Source: Escherichia coli (GTDB lineage: Bacteria > Pseudomonadota > Gammaproteobacteria > Enterobacterales > Enterobacteriaceae). Taken from it: DNA of 64,000 nucleotides. Numbering within the stretch: the stretch's first letter is position 1; every line of letters starts with the position of its first letter. A program made the translations under genes and the position numbers. This document shows positions 11,305 through 23,207 of the stretch, one piece after another. The notes under the pieces are model-generated. The model saw nothing but the letters and a program-made list of their open reading frames with translations, was not told where the DNA came from and ran no database searches. The DNA lies in NCBI RefSeq assembly GCF_044647545.1, contig NZ_CP172818.1. One strand, 5' to 3'.

Positions 11305-12389
11305 TATGCCTCTCCCGTGAGCAACACTGTTTTCGGCATGGCGTAGAGCACTTCTGCGCCTTGCGGGGTGACCAGCACAACATCTTCGATGCGCACGCCC
11401 CCTTGCCCTGGCAAATAAATCCCCGGCTCCACGGTCAGTAACATGCCTGGCTGTAGCGTCGTGGTGTCCCGCGGTGAAAAACGCGGATCTTCATGGACTT
11501 CAATGCCGATAGCATGACCGGTGTTATGACCGAAATAGTCGCCAAATCCAGCCTCGGTAATCACCCGGCGCGCGGCGTCGTCAACCTGCTGGCAGCGCAC
11601 GCCGGGGCGAATCGCGGAGATTGCCGCCAGCTGTGCCTGCAAAACAATCTGATAGACGTCAAACAGCGGGTGAGATTCGGCGCTCACCCCTTCGCCATTC
11701 ACCAGCAAGGTGCGTGTCATATCAGAGCAGTAGCCCTGATAGAGCGCACCGAAATCGAGAGTGACAAACTCGCCCGCTGCAACAATCTTGTCGCTGGCTT
11801 TGCCGTGCGGCAGCGCCCCACGCCAGCCGCTGGCGACAATGGTATCGAAAGAGGCTTTTTCTGCGCCCTGCTGGCGCATAAACCACTCCAGTTCAGCGGC
11901 TATCTCGCGCTCGCTCATCCCCGCCTGAATAAAGCGGCGAATATGCTCAGCACCGCGATCGGCAATCCCACAGGCGAGGCGGATTTTCTCCACCTCCTCT
12001 GGCGTTTTGATTTGCCGCAGCACATCCGGCGTGGCGCTAACCAGTTTCGCATTGAGTTCAGACTGCCAGCGGTGCGCGGTTTCCCAACTCACCTGCTGGC
12101 CCTCAAAACCGAGCGTTTGCAACTGCTCATCGGCAATGATTTGCCTGGCGATGGTGGTCAGCGTGTGCGTCGCATCAAGCAAATGCAGTTGGTAGCCTTG
12201 CGTGCGGGCTTCTACATCTACGTAATAGCGCGAGTCCACCAGAATGTGCGCACTTTCACGGCTAATCAGCACATAGCCTGATCCGGTGGAGATCCCCAGA
12301 TGCGGCTGTTTGTTCTGCCGTGAGGAGAGAAGCACCGCATCCAGTTGTTGCGCCTTAAGCCAGTCGCGCAGCGAGGCAAGTAATGTCAT
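11304..12389 (-). CDS. ypdF: M24-family Xaa-Pro aminopeptidase
   Basis: 361 aa; creatinase/prolidase N-terminal region plus M24 metal-binding C-terminus ([13 protein letters not shown]); stop overlaps the ypdE start. Confidence 0.85.
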   Translation of the reverse strand: MTLLASLRDWLKAQQLDAVLLSSRQNKQPHLGISTGSGYVLISRESAHILVDSRYYVDVEARTQGYQLHLLDATHTLTTIARQIIADEQLQTLGFEGQQVSWETAHRWQSELNAKLVSATPDVLRQIKTPEEVEKIRLACGIADRGAEHIRRFIQAGMSEREIAAELEWFMRQQGAEKASFDTIVASGWRGALPHGKASDKIVAAGEFVTLDFGALYQGYCSDMTRTLLVNGEGVSAESHPLFDVYQIVLQAQLAAISAIRPGVRCQQVDDAARRVITEAGFGDYFGHNTGHAIGIEVHEDPRFSPRDTTTLQPGMLLTVEPGIYLPGQGGVRIEDVVLVTPQGAEVLYAMPKTVLLTGEA

Positions 12390-12403
12390 CAGGATTGTCC
12401 TTC

Positions 12404-13651
12404 TTACAGGCTATCGATTAACAATTTGCCTTTGCGGAACATCATCAGACGCAGGAACACCACCATCAGCGCAGTTATGACTGCCCCCAGCGCGATCCCC
12501 GCCATGTAGACGCCGAGGTTAGTGACCAGCGGCCATGCCCAGATAGCGGACTCCGGGAACCATTGCACTGCGCCCAGCCAGACTGCAGCGGTTGAGCCGA
12601 CAATCGCGCCAACCATATAGGACGGAATGGCGGTGATGGGACTTTCCAGTGCAAACGGAATCGCACCTTCACTGATCCCCATAAACGCCAGGAACATGGC
12701 GGTTTTACCCTGCGGATAAAGCTGAGCACTGAACAGACGTTTGCCGGTTAAACGGCGGTCGATAATGGTCGCCAGACCCAGACCAATCGGCGGAATAACA
12801 ATAGCGATGGAACGCGCGGTAACCGGTAATACGTGGTCAGTGGTAAAGCTGAAGGCAACGAAACCAGCTGCTTTGTTGATCGGGCCACCAAGGTCGATTG
12901 CTGTCGCCGCGGCGATCCCCATCGCGTACATCAGCGCGCCCTTCTCACCTGCGGCAGTCAGCACGGTACGGATACCGCCGTTGATCCAGCCGCCAAAGGG
13001 GGTGATGACGTAGTACATCGCCAGCATGACAAAAATGGCGGAAAGAATCGGTAGCAAAAATGTGGTTTTGAACGCTAACAGGAAATCCGGTAACTGGATT
13101 TTCTGGTTCATCCACTTCACAAGGTAACCGGCAACGATAGATATAATCAGGGCACCAATGAAGGTGGACGGTACCGGCGAAGAGGTCGCCCATTGCATAG
13201 TGCTGGGATCGAAGTTCAGCAGTTGCGTCGGCTGGGTAGACATCAACCCGCCGATAAAACCAGCCGGGAACGCCAGTTTGCCACCGATAGAGTTCGCCAC
13301 AAATGCAGCAAACATCGGAATGGCAAAACCAAACAACACGCCGCCGAAGGACTGCGACAACCAGGCAAATTTCAGTAAGGAGAGGTCGAAACCGGAGAAT
13401 TTCCCGCTATTAAGAGCATCCATGATGCCGATATCAGCAGGAATTTTAAGCCAGCTATAAGCAATCAGCTGGCTGAAAGCGAGGATCACACCGCCCATAA
13501 TTAAGGTCGGCACCATGCGTGAAATCCCTGACATCACATGCTGCGGGAGTTCACCCCAGAAGCTGCTTTTAGAGGCCTGCGGATTCTTAACTGCCGCTGC
13601 CGCACCGGATGCGCCAGGCACAACGGTTGCACTGCGTTTTTTAATGGCCAT
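12404..13651 (-). CDS. fryC: PTS fructose-like EIIC permease
   Basis: 415 aa polytopic membrane protein of the PTS EIIC-Fru family. Confidence 0.88.
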   Translation of the reverse strand: MAIKKRSATVVPGASGAAAAVKNPQASKSSFWGELPQHVMSGISRMVPTLIMGGVILAFSQLIAYSWLKIPADIGIMDALNSGKFSGFDLSLLKFAWLSQSFGGVLFGFAIPMFAAFVANSIGGKLAFPAGFIGGLMSTQPTQLLNFDPSTMQWATSSPVPSTFIGALIISIVAGYLVKWMNQKIQLPDFLLAFKTTFLLPILSAIFVMLAMYYVITPFGGWINGGIRTVLTAAGEKGALMYAMGIAAATAIDLGGPINKAAGFVAFSFTTDHVLPVTARSIAIVIPPIGLGLATIIDRRLTGKRLFSAQLYPQGKTAMFLAFMGISEGAIPFALESPITAIPSYMVGAIVGSTAAVWLGAVQWFPESAIWAWPLVTNLGVYMAGIALGAVITALMVVFLRLMMFRKGKLLIDSL

Positions 13652-13672
13652 AACAATTATCCCTGTCGAATA

Positions 13673-13999
13673 TTACTGTTGTTCAGAGGCAATCATCTCT
13701 TCGATTTCTTTGATGATGCCCGCAGCGTTTTTAATTGCGTCCTGCAAAGTGATTTCATAAACGTCGCGTGATTCGAAACGTTCGTTATCTTCCGGGGTAA
13801 CCGCCACGGAGTGGATGATGATGGTCGCTTCGGCGATATCCTGCGCGGTCAGGCGATTCTGGATACCGTCCGCGCCCTGAGTTTCAATTTTCACTTCATA
13901 GCCTGCTTCCACCGCCGCTTCTTCCAGCGCCTGGGCTGCCATAAAGGTGTGAGCCAGACCCATCGGGCAGGCACATAAAGCAATCAGTTTCTTACTCAT
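13673..13999 (-). CDS. fryB: PTS fructose-like EIIB component
   Basis: Internal ATG at 13997-13999 gives 108 aa MSKKLIALCACPMGLAHTFMAA; the CxxG phospho-Cys motif is typical of EIIB-Fru. Confidence 0.85.
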   Translation of the reverse strand: MSKKLIALCACPMGLAHTFMAAQALEEAAVEAGYEVKIETQGADGIQNRLTAQDIAEATIIIHSVAVTPEDNERFESRDVYEITLQDAIKNAAGIIKEIEEMIASEQQ

Positions 14000-14164
14000 C
14001 GTTAATTCCTCGTTCAGTGATAGTTGACGAGTGAAATTATGAACGTGCAAAACAAATCGCCGTTACCAGACAAATAATGCATTTACTGGAGAATTAATCC
14101 CGCTGTACGGAAGTGTGACGCAGGTCGGCCTTGTGAGGTGACACAAAGAAAAATTGAATTAACT

Positions 14165-14203
14165 GTATGATTTAAAAGATTATCGGGAGAGTTATCTCCC
14201 GAT
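14165..14203 (-). terminator. intrinsic terminator downstream of glk
   Basis: Hairpin atcgggaga-gtt-atctcccgat (14182-14203) followed on the minus strand by a T-rich tract. Confidence 0.5.
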
Positions 14204-14217
14204 TTGACAGGAAGGAT

Positions 14218-15183
14218 TTACAGAATGTGACCTAAGGTCTGGCGTAAATGTGCACCGGAACCGAGAAGACCCGGATTGTCATGGACGATGAGATATACCG
14301 GAATATCATGGACATATTCCTTAAAGCGCCCTTTATCTTCAAATGCGGCGCGGAAACCAGAGGCTTTGAAGAACTCAAGGAAGCGCGGCACGATACCACC
14401 CGCAATAAACACGCCGCCAAATGTCCCGAGATTGAGCGCCAGATTGCCGCCAAAACGGCCCATAATGACGCAAAACAGCGACAACGCGCGGCGGCAATCG
14501 GTGCAGCTGTCAGCCAGCGCGCGTTCGGTAATATCTTTTGGCTTGAGATTTTCTGGCAGGCGGTTGTCGGCTTTAACAATTGCGCGATACAAATTCACCA
14601 GCCCAGGGCCAGAAAGCACGCGCTCTGCCGAAACATGACCAATTTCTGCACGCAGTATTTCGAGGATAATGCCCTCTTCTTCACTATTCGGCGCAAAATC
14701 AACGTGACCGCCTTCGCCTGGCAAGCTTACCCAACGCTTATCGACATGGACCAGATGCGCAACCCCTAGCCCCGTTCCGGCACCGTAAACCGCAATAGGC
14801 TTACCTTCTACCGGTTCTGCGCCACCAAACTGAATCAGATGCTCTTTTTTCAGCATCGGGATCGCCATCGATACAGCAGTAAAATCGTTAATAATTTCCA
14901 GATGGCTAAAACCGAGATTCTTTTTCATTTCGGCAATTGAGAACGCCCAGGTATGGTTGGTCATTGCCACCCAGTCACCGGTAATTGGGCAAGCGATGGC
15001 AATACAGCCGTCTTTCACCTCGACCTTATGTTCTTCAAGATAAACGCGAATGACCGCTTCGAGGCTGGGGTAATCAAGCCCTGAATAGGTCTTAGCCTGC
15101 GAGATTTCACCACTGGCAATATCACACAGAGCAAGACGTGCGTTGGTGCCGCCCACATCACCGACTAATGCATACTTTGTCAT
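14218..15183 (-). CDS. glk: glucokinase
   Basis: 321 aa; N-terminus [20 protein letters not shown] (ROK/glucokinase ATP-binding motif). Confidence 0.95.
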   Translation of the reverse strand: MTKYALVGDVGGTNARLALCDIASGEISQAKTYSGLDYPSLEAVIRVYLEEHKVEVKDGCIAIACPITGDWVAMTNHTWAFSIAEMKKNLGFSHLEIINDFTAVSMAIPMLKKEHLIQFGGAEPVEGKPIAVYGAGTGLGVAHLVHVDKRWVSLPGEGGHVDFAPNSEEEGIILEILRAEIGHVSAERVLSGPGLVNLYRAIVKADNRLPENLKPKDITERALADSCTDCRRALSLFCVIMGRFGGNLALNLGTFGGVFIAGGIVPRFLEFFKASGFRAAFEDKGRFKEYVHDIPVYLIVHDNPGLLGSGAHLRQTLGHIL

Positions 15184-15386
15184 TCTTCAACTGCTCCGCT
15201 AAAGTCAAAATAATTCTTTCTCACACTGTAAATACCTGGGGGCATAACAACAACGCCGGAAAGGCAGGCTCCCTGTAAATATCGATCTGGGTCACACAAT
15301 TACTTTATCGTTTCAGCACCAATTGCAGCGATGCCTTTTTGCAAGCTGGGCAAACTAAGTATCTGACCCCGCATAAGGAATAGAAC

Positions 15387-16643
15387 ATGCTCCATCCGCG
15401 AGCCAGAACCATGTTGTTATTATCGCTCCCCGCCGTGGCAATTGGGATTGCGTCCAGTCTTATTCTGATTGTGGTGATGAAAATCGCCTCGGTATTACAG
15501 AATTTGCTCTGGCTACGACTGCCGGGAACTCTGGGGATAGCCCAGGATTCACCTTTCTGGATCATCGCCATATTAACGCTAACAGGTATTGCGGTGGGGT
15601 TGGTTATCCGTTTCAGCCAGGGGCATGCTGGACCTGACCCCGCCTGTGAACCGCTGATCGGCGCACCAGTTCCGCCCTCTGCGCTACCAGGACTTATCGT
15701 AGCATTAATTCTCGGTCTTGCTGGCGGCGTCAGCCTGGGGCCGGAACATCCGATCATGACCGTCAATATCGCCCTTGCGGTTGCGATAGGTGCTCGTCTG
15801 TTACCGCGCGTCAACCGGATGGAGTGGACTATTTTAGCCTCTGCTGGAACTATCGGCGCGCTGTTTGGCACACCTGTTGCGGCGGCGTTGATATTTTCGC
15901 AAACCTTAAATGGCAGTAGTGAAGTCCCGCTATGGGATCGTCTCTTTGCGCCGTTAATGGCGGCGGCGGCTGGTGCGCTAACCACCGGATTGTTTTTCCA
16001 TCCTCATTTTTCACTGCCCATTGCGCATTATGGGCAGATGGAGATGACCGATATTCTCAGCGGTGCAATTGTGGCGGCGATTGCCATCGCAGCAGGGATG
16101 GTTGCCGTATGGTGTCTGCCACGGTTGCACGCGATGATGCATCAGATTAAAAATCCGGTGCTAATGCTGGGAGTGGGCGGATTTATTCTCGGTATTCTGG
16201 GGGTTATTGCTGGACCAGTTTCGCTATTTAAAGGGCTGGATGAGATGCAGCAGATGGTGGCAAATCAGGCTTTCAGCACCAGCGATTACTTTTTGCTGGC
16301 CGTGATTAAACTTGCCGCTCTCGTGGTTGCTGCCGCCAGTGGCTTTCGCGGTGGGCGAATCTTCCCGGCAGTGTTTGTCGGGGTGGCATTAGGGTTGATG
16401 CTGCATGAGCACGTTCCCGCCGTTCCAGCGGCAATAACCGTTTCCTGCGCTATTCTCGGCATCGTGCTGGTGGTAACACGCGATGGCTGGTTAAGTCTTT
16501 TTATGGCGGCAGTCGTTGTACCCAATACCACATTGCTACCGCTGCTCTGTATCGTCATGCTTCCGGCATGGCTGTTATTAGCAGGTAAGCCGATGATGAT
16601 GGTCAATCGTCCGAAGCAACAGCCACCCCACGATAACGTTTAG
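15387..16643 (+). CDS. yfeO: putative ClC-like ion channel / transporter
   Basis: 418 aa polytopic membrane protein, Gly/Ala-rich helices; recognised as YfeO. Confidence 0.82.
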   Translation: MLHPRARTMLLLSLPAVAIGIASSLILIVVMKIASVLQNLLWLRLPGTLGIAQDSPFWIIAILTLTGIAVGLVIRFSQGHAGPDPACEPLIGAPVPPSALPGLIVALILGLAGGVSLGPEHPIMTVNIALAVAIGARLLPRVNRMEWTILASAGTIGALFGTPVAAALIFSQTLNGSSEVPLWDRLFAPLMAAAAGALTTGLFFHPHFSLPIAHYGQMEMTDILSGAIVAAIAIAAGMVAVWCLPRLHAMMHQIKNPVLMLGVGGFILGILGVIAGPVSLFKGLDEMQQMVANQAFSTSDYFLLAVIKLAALVVAAASGFRGGRIFPAVFVGVALGLMLHEHVPAVPAAITVSCAILGIVLVVTRDGWLSLFMAAVVVPNTTLLPLLCIVMLPAWLLLAGKPMMMVNRPKQQPPHDNV

Positions 16644-16757
16644 CAAAAAATGCTCTCCTTTATGATTTAAGAGTTATGGCGATGATACGGGGCTTTACCT
16701 CCCCGTAATATTGCGTTAACAGGCCGCTGACGGCTTCGATCGTGAAGGAGAATAACA

Positions 16758-17084
16758 ATGTTCAGGTCACTGTTTCTGGCGGCCGCCCTGATGGCATTTA
16801 CCCCGCTTGCGGCAAACGCAGGTGAAATCACCCTACTGCCATCAATCAAATTACAAATTGGCGATCGCGATCATTACGGTAATTACTGGGACGGTGGTCA
16901 CTGGCGCGACCGTGACTACTGGCATCGCAATTATGAATGGCGTAAGAACCGCTGGTGGCGTCATGATAATGGCTACCACCGTGGCTGGGATAAGCGTAAA
17001 GCCTATGAGCGTGGCTATCGTGAAGGCTGGCGCGATCGTGATGATCATCGCGGAAAAGGCCGCGGACATGGGCATCGCCATTAA
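16758..17084 (+). CDS. ypeC: secreted low-complexity protein (DUF2502)
   Basis: 108 aa; signal peptide [21 protein letters not shown], then extremely R/D/W/Y/H/G-rich mature region. Confidence 0.78.
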
Positions 17085-17108
17085 ACACATTTGCCAATGG
17101 AGCACAAT

Positions 17109-17196
17109 GCCTGATGCGACGCTAGCGCGTCTTATCAGGCCTACAAACCAGCTCTTTAACGCGTAGGGCGGATAAAGCATTTACGCCGCATCCGCC
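17109..17196. repeat. pair of REP sequences in opposite orientation (BIME-like) between convergent ypeC and mntH
   Basis: gcctgatgcgacgctagcgcgtcttatcaggcctac at 17109-17144 and an inverted REP-like copy (ggcggataaagcatttacgccgcatccgcc) at about 17167-17196. Confidence 0.6.
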
Positions 17197-17224
17197 AATG
17201 GTGCCAAATGCGACGCTCATTCAA

Positions 17225-18472
<1,248 letters not shown>

Positions 18473-18475
18473 CTA

Positions 18476-18497
18476 AAACATAGCCTTTGCTATGTTT
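18476..18497. promoter_or_regulatory. MntR operator palindrome in the mntH promoter
   Basis: Perfect inverted repeat aaacatagc-cttt-gctatgttt immediately upstream of the mntH start codon. Confidence 0.6.
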
Positions 18498-18512
18498 CAT
18501 GCTATGTCAAAC

Positions 18513-18529
18513 GAGAATGATTATCAAAT
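18513..18529. promoter_or_regulatory. Fur-box-like sequence in the mntH/nupC intergenic region
   Basis: gagaatgattatcaaat resembles the GATAATGATAATCATTATC Fur consensus. Confidence 0.4.
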
Positions 18530-18798
18530 TCATTTAAGTGGATTGTGATGATTTCTTTGATAGACCAGAATTATGACGACGAAAAGATTGATGACTTGAA
18601 TGTTGTGATTATGTTTAATGTTAGCACATTTACATAACTTTCAGCTTCCATACACAACATAGCAGAAATGTATGACAGCTCACTATTTTTGAAGCTTGTC
18701 ACAGGACGTCATTATAGTGTGTGTCAGATCTCGTTTTCCTTAACCATGTTACATAGAATGTGCACGGAAATTTAACCTGCCTCATATTTGGAGCAAAT

Positions 18799-20001
18799 AT
18801 GGACCGCGTCCTTCATTTTGTACTGGCACTTGCCGTTGTTGCGATTCTCGCACTGCTGGTAAGCAGCGACCGCAAAAAAATTCGTATCCGTTATGTTATT
18901 CAACTGCTTGTTATCGAAGTGTTACTGGCGTGGTTCTTCCTGAACTCCGACGTTGGTTTGGGCTTCGTGAAAGGCTTCTCCGAAATGTTTGAGAAACTGC
19001 TCGGATTTGCCAACGAAGGGACTAACTTCGTCTTTGGTAGCATGAATGATCAAGGCCTGGCATTCTTCTTCCTGAAAGTGCTGTGCCCAATCGTCTTTAT
19101 CTCTGCGCTGATCGGTATTCTCCAGCACATTCGCGTGCTGCCAGTGATTATCCGCGCAATTGGTTTCCTGCTCTCCAAAGTCAACGGTATGGGCAAACTG
19201 GAATCCTTTAACGCCGTCAGCTCTCTGATTCTGGGTCAGTCTGAAAACTTTATTGCCTATAAAGATATCCTCGGCAAAATCTCCCGCAATCGTATGTACA
19301 CCATGGCAGCCACGGCGATGTCCACCGTGTCGATGTCCATCGTTGGTGCATACATGACCATGCTGGAGCCGAAATACGTCGTTGCGGCGCTGGTACTGAA
19401 CATGTTCAGCACCTTTATCGTGCTGTCGCTGATCAACCCTTACCGTGTTGATGCCAGTGAAGAAAATATTCAGATGTCCAACCTGCACGAAGGTCAGAGC
19501 TTCTTCGAAATGCTGGGTGAATACATTCTGGCAGGTTTCAAAGTTGCCATTATCGTTGCCGCAATGCTGATCGGCTTTATCGCCCTGATCGCCGCGCTGA
19601 ACGCACTGTTTGCCACCGTGACTGGCTGGTTTGGCTACAGCATCTCCTTCCAGGGCATCCTGGGCTACATCTTCTATCCGATTGCATGGGTGATGGGTGT
19701 TCCTTCCAGTGAAGCACTGCAAGTGGGCAGTATCATGGCGACCAAACTGGTTTCCAACGAGTTCGTTGCGATGATGGATCTGCAGAAAATTGCTTCCACG
19801 CTCTCTCCGCGTGCTGAAGGCATCATCTCTGTGTTCCTGGTTTCCTTCGCTAACTTCTCATCAATCGGGATTATCGCAGGTGCAGTTAAAGGCCTGAATG
19901 AAGAGCAAGGTAACGTGGTTTCTCGCTTCGGTCTGAAACTGGTTTACGGCTCTACCCTGGTGAGTGTGCTGTCTGCGTCAATCGCAGCACTGGTGCTGTA
20001 A
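18799..20001 (+). CDS. nupC: nucleoside:H+ symporter (CNT family)
   Basis: Internal ATG at 18799 with GGAG 5-9 nt upstream gives 400 aa [14 protein letters not shown]... Confidence 0.93.
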
Positions 20002-20038
20002 GACCATACAGGGATAATTCCCCGGTTTTTTACGCCTG

Positions 20039-22228
20039 TTAATCAGCTAATGGCTGCGGGCGACCAATCAAATACCCTTGCAGATATTGCACCCCGAGCT
20101 TATGCAATAGCGCCTGCTGCTGTTGCGTCTCGACAAACTCAGCGACCACACTCAATGACTTCGCTTTCGCCAGATCGGTAATTGATCTCACAATCATCGC
20201 ATCCAGCGTATTCGTGACGATATCTTTCACAAAGACGCCATCAATTTTGATGATATCAGCCTGCAAACGTTTTAACCGTTCGTAGTTGGCATAGCCGGTG
20301 CCAAAGTCATCAATCGCAATCCGGAAACCAAACTTATGCAGTTGCTCGATGTTGTACATGCTGCTTTCTGCGTTAGAAAACGCCTGCTCCTCGGTGATCT
20401 CAAGAATGACCGCCTGCGGGGAGATGTGATAACGCTTAAACAGACGAATAATCCGCCCGGCAATATTCTTTTGCAGCAGCGTGAGCGGCATTAAATTGAC
20501 TGAAAAGCGCGGGCCTTTTTTGTCGCAAGGATGTGTTGCCAGCCACTTCAACAGGGATTCCAGCACTTGCAAATCAAAACGCGCGCTAAGGTTAAACTGA
20601 GCAATAAGGGGCAGAAACTTATCCGGGGTCATAATGCCGCCGTCATATTTCAGTCGCGCGAGGATCTCATCATAACCTTCACCCTCTTTGTTGCGAATTG
20701 GCTGGGCGTAGAGCAGCAAATCACCCTGATCTAACGCCGTACGAATGGTATTCAGCAATAGCACCTGTTTAGTGGTCTGCCCGGAAACCATCTCCTCTCT
20801 GCTATCCAGCGCCAGCACATGGTGATGTGCGCAGGATTGCTCCGCCAGCCAGCTTAACTGCCCCAACAAGGGTTGCAGGGTTTCCTGATTTCCATCAAAA
20901 CGCCCCCAGGCAGCACCATAGCCCATATCCAGCCCGGTATTGTTCCAGTGAATTTGCCGACTATTCAGGATGTTAACCATATGCTGGAGTCGCCCTTCCG
21001 TTTCCGGCCCGCTCAGCACTAACAGCAGTTCACTACCCGGCAATTGATACAACTTTTCGTTTTCCTGCATCAACGGCAGCAGCGTACGGTAAATTGAGCG
21101 GATACAGTGAACGCGCATCATTAAGCCGTAATGACGACTCATAAACTCAAGATTATCAATGCGCAGGCAACAAAAACTCTTGCCCGCCTCTTGCTCCGGC
21201 GCTTGCTCCAACGCACGAAAGTTGGGTAGGAGCGTTAACGGATCGGTCAGCGCCTGCAAATGCCAGCGGCGGTTAAGCCATTCACTACGATGATAAATAC
21301 GCACCATATAGAGCAGGCAAACACTAAAGGAAATCAGTACTGCGAGAATAAATGCCAGCGAATATTCGGTTAGTACCCCTTGCAAAAAGTTCTGGTTATA
21401 ATTCAGAAGGCAAAGCGTTGAAACAGCCCAGGTGAGATTTAAAAACGGATAGCGAAGCTTACCGACACCGAGGGTAAAGATGATAAAGAAAACAGGTACC
21501 AGGTAACCGGCAATAAAGTCATTTTCATACGGTGTGCACATCAGAAGTAGCAGCACGCTAAGAGCTGCCAGCCAGCTTAAGGTAAATGCGCGTTTCTCTT
21601 TGCTCAACGACGGAGCGATATCCCTGCGCCACAATATCTGTGCAAAGTGGGGACTTACAATCATGCGGGTGAGATAGTAAAAAAGCATGTTGTAAATCAG
21701 CACTGCGGTGAAAAGGCTTAGCAAATCAACGACCGTGAAAATGGCATCCGCATCGCCGAAAAAGGTGGATATCTTTAGCGGGAAATCAAAAAAGCTCCCC
21801 ACAAGATACATGCTGCATTTGATGCCGATCGGCGTCACCAAACCAAGCCAGAAAAGACGTTGCCAGACATATCGGCTGGTCAATCCATATCGCCAACGCG
21901 TCCCCAGCTGCCAGCGTAATATTGCGCAGGCACACAACACAACAAACGTCTGGCTGCCGAGCATGACCGCGGTCTGTAAAAAAGAGAGATGAAAGTTCCA
22001 CAGATTGGTGCAAAACATCCCGCATAAAATGGGAACGACACCGCGCCAGCCAAAGATAAACAAGATTGACAGCATTACGCACAGTGGCATCCACGCCAGA
22101 AAGATATAACTGGAATGGATAACAGCAAGTGGCGAAATAAAACGGGATAGCTGAATAAGTACCACGGTGAGCGTAAACGCTAGTGTGAATATCTTGATAT
22201 TTTTTATCAGGTTATGCTCCACAAACAT
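20039..22228 (-). CDS. pdeA: c-di-GMP phosphodiesterase (MASE1 membrane domain, degenerate GGDEF, EAL)
   Basis: Start at reverse-strand ATG 22226-22228 gives 729 aa MFVEHNLIKNIKIF...; C-terminal EAL domain; the in-frame ORF extends 58 codons further upstream. Confidence 0.85.
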   Translation of the reverse strand: MFVEHNLIKNIKIFTLAFTLTVVLIQLSRFISPLAVIHSSYIFLAWMPLCVMLSILFIFGWRGVVPILCGMFCTNLWNFHLSFLQTAVMLGSQTFVVLCACAILRWQLGTRWRYGLTSRYVWQRLFWLGLVTPIGIKCSMYLVGSFFDFPLKISTFFGDADAIFTVVDLLSLFTAVLIYNMLFYYLTRMIVSPHFAQILWRRDIAPSLSKEKRAFTLSWLAALSVLLLLMCTPYENDFIAGYLVPVFFIIFTLGVGKLRYPFLNLTWAVSTLCLLNYNQNFLQGVLTEYSLAFILAVLISFSVCLLYMVRIYHRSEWLNRRWHLQALTDPLTLLPNFRALEQAPEQEAGKSFCCLRIDNLEFMSRHYGLMMRVHCIRSIYRTLLPLMQENEKLYQLPGSELLLVLSGPETEGRLQHMVNILNSRQIHWNNTGLDMGYGAAWGRFDGNQETLQPLLGQLSWLAEQSCAHHHVLALDSREEMVSGQTTKQVLLLNTIRTALDQGDLLLYAQPIRNKEGEGYDEILARLKYDGGIMTPDKFLPLIAQFNLSARFDLQVLESLLKWLATHPCDKKGPRFSVNLMPLTLLQKNIAGRIIRLFKRYHISPQAVILEITEEQAFSNAESSMYNIEQLHKFGFRIAIDDFGTGYANYERLKRLQADIIKIDGVFVKDIVTNTLDAMIVRSITDLAKAKSLSVVAEFVETQQQQALLHKLGVQYLQGYLIGRPQPLAD

Positions 22229-22435
22229 GAGTACACTACTCTCACTGATCGGGGTTTTCAGGCACACAAATAATAAGTTTATTCGCATCGCGAAGCAAAC
22301 AGGGGCCAGCCTGTTGCCGATTTTCCATCCAATGATGCTTTCACCAGGCGGCGCTAACCCGGACGTAGACTGTATTACAAAAGCGGCAAAAAGCAGAGAC
22401 AAAAAAACCCCGCTTTACAGCGAGGGTTTGAAATT

Positions 22436-22511
<76 letters not shown>

Positions 22512-22550
22512 ACGAGGCGTTTACGTACCAAATTTGCTGGGTGCAAAATT

Positions 22551-22626
<76 letters not shown>

Positions 22627-22846
22627 GTCACGTAAAGCTTGTCGAGTTGACGGGCGGCATCATATGAATTCCGCCCGAATGTGTCAACGGCAAATTGCAA
22701 CCTGTAGTTTCAATCGCTGAAAAATCAGGCAAATGAACAATTTTGGAAAACCGCTCGCATTCAGTAGTTATTCATGTCACGGTTTCCTGTAAAGTGGTGT
22801 TATAAAATGAACTACTAATAGACCCACATACATTCAGGGAATTGTT

Positions 22847-23206
22847 ATGTTCAAGGAGAGGATGACGCCAGATGAACTTGCCAGACTGACCGGCTATAGC
22901 CGCCAGACCATTAATAAATGGGTACGCAAGGAAGGCTGGACAACGTCACCAAAACCAGGCGTCCAGGGTGGCAAAGCTCGACTGGTTCACGTCAATGAAC
23001 AGGTTCGTGAATATATTCGCAATGCTGAACGTCCGGAAAGTCAGGGAGAAGCGCCAGCCCTTTCTGGTGATGCGCCGCTTGAAGTATTGCTGGTGACACT
23101 GGCGAAAGAGATGACGCCAGTTGAACAAAAACAGTTTACATCCTTGCTTCTGCGGGAAGGGATTATCGGATTGTTACAACGCTTAGGGATTCGCGATAGC
23201 AAATAA
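22847..23206 (+). CDS. yfeC: small putative DNA-binding protein (DUF1323); the start may instead be the ATG at 22862
   Basis: ORF track 119 aa; paralogous to the adjacent yfeD. Confidence 0.72.
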   Translation: MFKERMTPDELARLTGYSRQTINKWVRKEGWTTSPKPGVQGGKARLVHVNEQVREYIRNAERPESQGEAPALSGDAPLEVLLVTLAKEMTPVEQKQFTSLLLREGIIGLLQRLGIRDSK

Positions 23207-23207
23207 T

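Noticed and set aside
11493-12281. 262-aa plus-strand ORF antisense to ypdF, and similar long antisense ORFs at 1653-2273, 18922-19722, 38470-39120 and 63170-63871
   Set aside because: Each is fully nested in a confidently identified gene on the other strand and lacks start context; treated as frame artefacts.
16846-17180. Two overlapping minus-strand ORFs (83 and 109 aa) antisense to ypeC
   Set aside because: They arise from the repetitive, codon-biased ypeC sequence and the REP region; no start context; ypeC on the plus strand has a clear signal peptide and SD.
20002-20038. Possible intrinsic terminator between nupC and pdeA
   Set aside because: Only a weak, imperfect stem (gggataattcccc) followed by a T-run; too marginal to call as a feature.
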